DNA of 46,921 nt from Candidatus Woesearchaeota archaeon (GTDB taxonomy: Archaea > Nanobdellota > Nanobdellia > Woesearchaeales > JAAOYA01): contig JAAOYA010000001.1 in assembly GCA_018221105.1 (NCBI GenBank), positions 238,812 through 285,732 on the forward strand. The letters run 5' to 3'. Shown piece by piece: positions 40,303 to 46,921 of the stretch. Each line of letters opens with the position of its first letter. Within the stretch, counting starts at the first letter, position 1. The notes beneath the pieces were generated by a model. The model saw nothing but the letters and a program-made list of their open reading frames with translations. It did not search any database and was not told the origin of the DNA. The translations under genes were made by a program, and so were the position numbers.

Positions 40303-43300
40303 ATTACACAAACAAAGAAAACTAGCTACAGTAATGTAAGTAACAGTAGCAAGCATAACAGATTCTTAGCGTTAGCAACAACGCTCTTCTTTTTGATAAT
40401 ATTGTCTTTTTCTGTAAGTGCAACAAATTATTATGTGAATAATAACGCGTCAGGAACTAATAATGGTAGTGATTGGAATAACGCGTGGGAGAGTTTTGCA
40501 GATATTGCTTGGGGCAGTATTAACCCTGGAGATTACATTTATGTTAGTGGGGGGAGCACTAACAAAACATATAATTCAAGATTAGTTGTTGGGGCTAGCG
40601 GAAACGCCACGCACCATATAACCATCAAAGTCGGCCAAGACACAGGGCACAATGGCAAGGCAATAATAACAGACTCGACAGCGTTCTACACAAGTATAAA
40701 AATAGAAGACCAACACGACATCATAATTGATGGAAGAGTCGAAAATGGTACAGGTCAAAACTTTATTCTTAAAGGCTCGGACGCTGGAGGGGTGTATGTT
40801 TTAGATAACGTCACAAACATAAGATTAAGCTACTTGGACATATACAATAATTCTGGGCACGGAATCAACATTATAATCAGAGAACAAAACGGGACAATAC
40901 AAGTTGATAACTCCAAAATTCATGATAACAAAGCAGGAATAAACGTTACCGTAACACAATTATGGATTCATCACAACGCAGATGGTGGAAGAGGAAACAA
41001 TTATTCAAGAATCTTAATACACGATAACAAAATTTTTGATTTTTCTGGTGATGCTGTGAAACTAGATTTTGACGGAGTCGATTTTTATGATAACGAAGTT
41101 TTTAATCGTTCTATAAGAACTAATGATCACATTGATGGAATACAAGGAAACGGTGATTGGAGATATTGGAGGATTTACAATAATTACTTCCATGACTTTA
41201 ACAGATTAGATCAAGAAGACGAATACAACGCGTGGATACGATACGGAGACGCGTTTGGAGCTGGCAACAATATTAGCAACATCTTGATTTACAATAACAT
41301 TTTTGAAGAGACAAGACCACCTCCTCCAGGAACAGTTTTTAGAGGTTTAGAAATCGCGATACAAGCACCACACGTAAACACAGTGATTGTCGCAAACAAT
41401 GTTTTACTAGGAAATCCAACAAATTCTATACTTATTGACTTTTTTAGAAGCGTTGGAGAAGGATACGCAACTGACGAAAACACATCCAATGTTATAGTAG
41501 CAAACAACATAATTATAGATAGCTCCTCAGAAGCAGGCAGCACAATTGGGTGGGACCTAGGAACAACATCTGATAATATAACAATAGGTTCATTTGGAGA
41601 TAATGTAAGTTTTATAGTAGATAACAACATTATATACGCAAGCAACGCTTCATACTCAACAGACATGGACGGGACAAGTTATTCAACAGCAAAATCAAAT
41701 AGTGGAGTACAAAATAATGATGCGGGCAGTCCAATAAATCCTGATCTAAATATTTCATATTATCCTTATACAAACTCTTCAGCAATCGACGCCGGATTTA
41801 ACTTATCAACTTATTTCACAAACGACTTCGACGGTGTAACTAGATCACAAGGATTAGGTTGGGATATAGGAGTGTTTGAGAGCAATTACACAGCCGGTGT
41901 TTGCGAGAACGTATCCGTTTTATGTGTTAATTGGGATGGGAGCGCAGAGTATACAACAGTCCAATCCGCAGCGAATGTTGCGAGTGCTGGCGACACAGTT
42001 CTGGTTTATAACGGTTATTATGATGAGAGTGTCACGTTTAATAATAATGGTAATATAACACATCCTTTACTTGTTAAAGCAATAGACAATGATACTATTG
42101 TTCGACGTTTTGACATAAATCGCAATTATGTTACTATTGAAGGTTTTACTTTAACAGGTCATACTGTAGCGTACCAGGGAACTGTTAATATTAGAGACAC
42201 AGTTAATAATATTCAAATAATCAATAATAGTTTTGTTAATCAATCACACGATATTTACAGTGTTTATTTTGCTAATGGTGGAACAAATCCTTCTAGCTCA
42301 GCAAGTGATTGTTTAATCAAAGATAATGTTTTTGACAATCAAGAATCTTTAATTAACAGTTTTAATGCTTCTCACATGTTAAATCTCATGGGAGTGAATA
42401 ACACTGTTGAAAACAATGTTTTCAAGTATTCTGCAGGCGCGGACGCGATAAGAATATTTGGCGCTAATCACACTATTAGAAATAACACTTTTACACATAT
42501 AGAAGAAGTTCCTTACAATGGTAACCACGCAGACATCATCCAAACATTTGGATCAAACGGGCATGCTAGTTATGGACACGTATTCGAAAACAATTTTGTA
42601 TATGATTGTGCAGAGGTGCAACTTGGACAAGTAACTCAAGATTGTGGTCCTGGAGGGACTAACTGCACTAATAGGACCGATGTTAACGGGCTTATTGATT
42701 CAATCACCGGAGAAAACATTACAGACACTTCGCAATCCTGGAGTGTTGATAACTGGAATGATATATACGTAGTTCACATACTTAACGGTAGCGCTAACGG
42801 AGCTATTTATTTAATAAAAGACACCCAGTCAGACACTTTAACATTATCACATATCAATAATTCGATTGCAAACTTAACAAATGACGGCGTTTTAGCAGGA
42901 GATTATTATCAGATACACACTCGAATTGGCTGGATGACTTTTAGAAACAATATTTATGTTAACATGGGGTATCTTGCCGGAGGCGATTTTAACAACGTAG
43001 CACCTCACATGTACTGGTACAACAACATTTTTTACAACAGTACAAGCACACAACCTAACGTATTAGATTTCGCAAGACATGATTGGGGAATAGCTGATCA
43101 TGCAATCATAAAAAATAATGTGTTTTTAAAATCCGGAAACGTTCCTTCTAATCCAACAAGAGGATTCTACGATTTTTACGGCACAAGAGTAATCGATGTC
43201 GGAGCCCCTATAGGATATGATACTTCTAACAATTACTTTGGCGGACCAAACTACGCAGAAAAAACAATCAATGAATCAAACGCTGTTAACGGAAGCAACC

Positions 43301-46300
43301 CATACTTTGTAAACGAAGGAGGAATCACTAAACAAGACTGGATGTTACTTAGCAACAGCACATTAATAGACTCTGGAGCAACAATAACAACTTTCAACTA
43401 CGACACATTCCTGACAACACGACCGCAAGGTAGTGGTTGGGACATCGGAGCTTATGAATTTTTAGGCAATGCTTCTTTCCTACCTATTTATTCTAATTTT
43501 AATGGTGCGACTACTAACTTTAGTTCGCACAATAGTTCTAGTATTCAAAACGTTTCTAGTCTTGTTTTGGAGATTGTTGGTTTTGGAAAGATAGAGTTTA
43601 ATCAATGGGTTAATGTAAGCGGTGCCAATTTGGATCGTGATGTGCTCATTCAAAACAAGTTGATTGGTGTTGATAGTGTTCTAGAACCACGCCTCAATAA
43701 GAGCGCTACAATCACTTTTTACAACATTGAATACTCCAATCCTATAGTATACAAGGATGGTGTTGTTTTTACAACTTATAATTACACATTAACAGGAACT
43801 AATCTCAGTTTAAACGTTAGCAGTTTTTCAAATTTCACTGCTGGCAGTAATGCTAATCTGACAATTTTCGATGATACTGACGGCACAACAAAGTACACTG
43901 GCGAGATTGTAACGTTTTACGCGAATTATACTAATAGCACGAGCGGTTCTTTGATTACTGGAGCTTCTTGTAACATAACTTTTAATGGCACTTGGTTTTC
44001 AATGAATGAAACACCAAGTATTTACGAGTACAATAACACTTTCACGACTAATGGAACATATTTATTCAATGTAACATGTGCTAAAACTGGTTTTGATACT
44101 TTGAACTTGACGGACAATTATGTTATAAATTCCAGTAACATAAATTGTAATAATTGTTCTGATTGTTCTAGTAAACTACAAAATTCAAGCAATGAAAATA
44201 GCACTGTGTTCCTTGCTCAAGACATTCTAAATTACGATGGTGATTGTGTTGAGTTTGGCGGCGCAGATAATATTAATTTTAGTTGTAATGGTTTCACACT
44301 AGAAGGTATTGGCAGTAATTGGAATAGTGAAGGAATACTAGCCAGTAATTCAGACAATGTTGCCATAATTGATTGTCCAAATATTACAGGTTGGGCTAAT
44401 GGGATAGTCGTCACAAACGCGGATAGTGTTTTAGTAAGAAATGTGTCAACTATTAATAATCTACAAGCAGGATTAGACTTGAGCACGGACAATAGTGTAT
44501 ATGAAAGCATAAACTCTAGCTATAACGGTCAAAGAGGGATTTACCTTACTTATTCAGACGGAAACATAGTCAATAACACTGAATTAAAAGAAAATGATAA
44601 TTATGATTTAGATTTTGGCACTAACGGACCACAGGATTGTGATAACACTTTTGAAAATATTTCTATCTCTGGTGACAGACCTTTAGGTTTTTACAATGAT
44701 ACTGTTAATCTGCAAGACCAGGAGTATTCTCTTTTAATTCTTTGTGATGCTGATAACAGCAATTTGACCAATATTACAGTTAAAGGCTCTAACGCATTAA
44801 ATAATAACTACTTCAAAACATTATTTGTTGATAATTCAACTTTTACTAATATTAATTCATCAAATAATTATGAAGGTGTTTACATTTATTATTCTAATAA
44901 TAACACCTTTGATAATATAATAGCCAATAACAACGCAGACGATGGCATTCTTTTGCGAGACTCGCAAGATAATAACATATCAAACGCAACATTGATAAAT
45001 AATCAGTACGGATTCAGATTTCGTGGCTGGAACGATCCAAGCACAAATAATATCATAAGAGATTCGATTGTTCAAAACGCAACAAATAGCAGTATCAATT
45101 TTTTAATGAATTCCTATGCTGTTACAAACAACTATTTTTACAACAACATTTTCAATAGCACACTAAATTTTTACTCAGACAATATCAATCACAGTCCAAA
45201 CTATTTCAACACAACACTAACAGTTGGCACTAACATCATCGGCGGCAGCAATATTGGAGGTAATTTTTGGGCACAACCAAACGGGCAAGGCTGGAGTGAA
45301 AATTGCTCCGATAGTAACGGCGATGGAATTTGCGAAGCACAATATGACTTAGCAATCAACAACACTGACTATTTGCCATTAACACTTAACGGAGCGTCTC
45401 CAATAATTACTCTAAACAACCCGCCTAATGGTTCAAGCATTGTCAACAATTATCAATTGTTAAACGCTACAGTTACCAGCGAGGGCAATAATTCAATAAC
45501 AGCAAAACTACTTGGATATTATGCTGACGAAATAAATCCAAGCGAAGAAACAGGACTTGTTTTCTTAATGCACTTAAACAACAATAGTGATATTGGAGAG
45601 AATGACACTGTTTTTGTTGACGAATCAGGATTAGGTAATAATGGTACCTGTGGCGATCCATCGCTTACTAATTGGACAACTTATTGCCCAACACTAAACA
45701 CTAATGGAAAATTCTACAATAGTTATTTGTTTGATGGAGAAAACCAAGACGAAGCAATCTTAGTGCTTGATGACCCAACTATATCCGGACTCTCCGAGAT
45801 AACTGTTAGTGTTTGGATTTATCCGACAGAACACCCTGTTGATTGTTACGGTATTTCATGCTATAATACTATTGTCACAAAAGGTAATTACACAGAAGAT
45901 AGGGAGTTCAGACTAAGATATGAAGATGTAGGGGATGGTTTTAATGGCTATGTATGGCATGTTAGTGGTAACGGTAGTGACCCCGACACTAACGAAACAC
46001 GAATTAATGTCTCAGAAGTTTCGTTAAACGAGTGGCATCACCTAGTAGGCACTTGGACAAATACTACGGGCCAGTTACGCTTTTACTTAGATGGTACACT
46101 AAAACATACAGACTATTACTCTGCCAGCAGCATTTTTGATGGATCAGCTCATCTTGCTATTGGTAGCAGCAGTGATAACGGCGGTGGCGGCGCCAGCCCT
46201 AATAATATAGATGATTATAGGGGGACAATTGACGAAGTAGCAATTTATAACAGAACATTATCAGACCAAGAAATATTCAGAATATATGACAAAGGAAGAC

Positions 46301-46921
46301 ACAAAATATTATATCGGGCACAAAACCTTTCTAATGGTACAGAGATTAATTACAATTTGACTTCAATACCACTAAGTGTTAACAAAGACATGGTACTCTT
46401 GATGCACTTTGACAATGACAGTTCAAAAGGAGAAAACAATACCTTTGTTTATGATTGGACAGGCCTTGGAAACAAAGGTACCTGTAGTGGCTCTGTTTGT
46501 CCAGCAATGAACGTTAGCGGTGGAAAATTCGCTGGAGCATTCGAGTATGATGGTAGCGATGATTACATAAAAATTGATGATGATCCAATGTTAGACCTCG
46601 TAGGCAATTTCACAATATCAGCATGGATAAACCCAGCGTCATTTGGTGAAAATAATCAAGGAAGAATTGTTGATAAAGGTGGAGGTGGGGGAGATGGTTG
46701 GTCATTTCACGTAGATAATAATACCCCAACAAATGCATTATCATTACAAATTGATGGTGCTGAATTCAACTCAAATAATAATTCTATCGAGCTTAATAAA
46801 TGGCAATTAGTTACTGTAACACTTGAAGGGTCAACAGGTTCTTTCTATGTTGATGGAGTTTTCATAAATAGTGTTGATACAGGCGGTAATGAACCTGCAA
46901 ATCCTAACGATTATAATGTAA
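40303..46921 (+). CDS. Giant secreted multidomain surface protein (>2200 aa, runs off window): two right-handed beta-helices with choice-of-anchor-Q-like tails, NosD-like repeats, LamG-like domains
   Basis: Frame translated by eye at intervals with no stop seen; absence from the ORF track fits a run-off ORF. Signal-like LFFLIILSFSVSA/TNYYV, NGSDWNNAW, HIDGIQ, HADIIQ, WDIGVFE and WDIGAYE, GGNFW...DSNGDGICE, WHHLVGTW, GTIDEVAIYNRTLS. Start codon uncertain. Confidence 0.85.
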   Translation, partial: MTQTKKTSYSNVSNSSKHNRFLALATTLFFLIILSFSVSATNYYVNNNASGTNNGSDWNNAWESFADIAWGSINPGDYIYVSGGSTNKTYNSRLVVGASGNATHHITIKVGQDTGHNGKAIITDSTAFYTSIKIEDQHDIIIDGRVENGTGQNFILKGSDAGGVYVLDNVTNIRLSYLDIYNNSGHGINIIIREQNGTIQVDNSKIHDNKAGINVTVTQLWIHHNADGGRGNNYSRILIHDNKIFDFSGDAVKLDFDGVDFYDNEVFNRSIRTNDHIDGIQGNGDWRYWRIYNNYFHDFNRLDQEDEYNAWIRYGDAFGAGNNISNILIYNNIFEETRPPPPGTVFRGLEIAIQAPHVNTVIVANNVLLGNPTNSILIDFFRSVGEGYATDENTSNVIVANNIIIDSSSEAGSTIGWDLGTTSDNITIGSFGDNVSFIVDNNIIYASNASYSTDMDGTSYSTAKSNSGVQNNDAGSPINPDLNISYYPYTNSSAIDAGFNLSTYFTNDFDGVTRSQGLGWDIGVFESNYTAGVCENVSVLCVNWDGSAEYTTVQSAANVASAGDTVLVYNGYYDESVTFNNNGNITHPLLVKAIDNDTIVRRFDINRNYVTIEGFTLTGHTVAYQGTVNIRDTVNNIQIINNSFVNQSHDIYSVYFANGGTNPSSSASDCLIKDNVFDNQESLINSFNASHMLNLMGVNNTVENNVFKYSAGADAIRIFGANHTIRNNTFTHIEEVPYNGNHADIIQTFGSNGHASYGHVFENNFVYDCAEVQLGQVTQDCGPGGTNCTNRTDVNGLIDSITGENITDTSQSWSVDNWNDIYVVHILNGSANGAIYLIKDTQSDTLTLSHINNSIANLTNDGVLAGDYYQIHTRIGWMTFRNNIYVNMGYLAGGDFNNVAPHMYWYNNIFYNSTSTQPNVLDFARHDWGIADHAIIKNNVFLKSGNVPSNPTRGFYDFYGTRVIDVGAPIGYDTSNNYFGGPNYAEKTINESNAVNGSNPYFVNEGGITKQDWMLLSNSTLIDSGATITTFNYDTFLTTRPQGSGWDIGAYEFLGNASFLPIYSNFNGATTNFSSHNSSSIQNVSSLVLEIVGFGKIEFNQWVNVSGANLDRDVLIQNKLIGVDSVLEPRLNKSATITFYNIEYSNPIVYKDGVVFTTYNYTLTGTNLSLNVSSFSNFTAGSNANLTIFDDTDGTTKYTGEIVTFYANYTNSTSGSLITGASCNITFNGTWFSMNETPSIYEYNNTFTTNGTYLFNVTCAKTGFDTLNLTDNYVINSSNINCNNCSDCSSKLQNSSNENSTVFLAQDILNYDGDCVEFGGADNINFSCNGFTLEGIGSNWNSEGILASNSDNVAIIDCPNITGWANGIVVTNADSVLVRNVSTINNLQAGLDLSTDNSVYESINSSYNGQRGIYLTYSDGNIVNNTELKENDNYDLDFGTNGPQDCDNTFENISISGDRPLGFYNDTVNLQDQEYSLLILCDADNSNLTNITVKGSNALNNNYFKTLFVDNSTFTNINSSNNYEGVYIYYSNNNTFDNIIANNNADDGILLRDSQDNNISNATLINNQYGFRFRGWNDPSTNNIIRDSIVQNATNSSINFLMNSYAVTNNYFYNNIFNSTLNFYSDNINHSPNYFNTTLTVGTNIIGGSNIGGNFWAQPNGQGWSENCSDSNGDGICEAQYDLAINNTDYLPLTLNGASPIITLNNPPNGSSIVNNYQLLNATVTSEGNNSITAKLLGYYADEINPSEETGLVFLMHLNNNSDIGENDTVFVDESGLGNNGTCGDPSLTNWTTYCPTLNTNGKFYNSYLFDGENQDEAILVLDDPTISGLSEITVSVWIYPTEHPVDCYGISCYNTIVTKGNYTEDREFRLRYEDVGDGFNGYVWHVSGNGSDPDTNETRINVSEVSLNEWHHLVGTWTNTTGQLRFYLDGTLKHTDYYSASSIFDGSAHLAIGSSSDNGGGGASPNNIDDYRGTIDEVAIYNRTLSDQEIFRIYDKGRHKILYRAQNLSNGTEINYNLTSIPLSVNKDMVLLMHFDNDSSKGENNTFVYDWTGLGNKGTCSGSVCPAMNVSGGKFAGAFEYDGSDDYIKIDDDPMLDLVGNFTISAWINPASFGENNQGRIVDKGGGGGDGWSFHVDNNTPTNALSLQIDGAEFNSNNNSIELNKWQLVTVTLEGSTGSFYVDGVFINSVDTGGNEPANPNDYNV

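Noticed and set aside
1..46921. tRNA, rRNA, CRISPR array, integrase or transposase
   Set aside because: Intergenic gaps are short, and no cloverleaf, spaced repeats or recombinase motifs were recognised by eye.

Overview
AT-rich archaeal chromosome segment, most consistent with a DPANN (Woesearchaeota-like) organism. This assignment is an inference from TFE, Taw3/TYW3, a form III-type RuBisCO, TATA boxes 20-30 nt before many start codons and GGTG-type RBSs. In order, the window holds: a RimK/PhoU region with acidic microproteins; a ~5 kb putative defence island (PHP+ABC-ATPase with small partner genes); a membrane/redox cluster (UPF0182, DsbA/GILT-like, SufS, glutaredoxin, Kef); a run of unknown genes with a TIM-barrel and an MNT-HEPN protein; rbcL; an MscS-peptidase fusion; tfe; argS; and a >2200 aa surface protein running off the right edge. 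The standout is a 1741-aa protein in which an array of repeated HTH-like modules is fused to an intact bacterial-type primary sigma-70 (RpoD-like) domain, in a genome that otherwise uses archaeal transcription machinery. No tRNA, rRNA, CRISPR array, integrase or transposase was recognised. All calls are from motif reading by eye; no searches were run.
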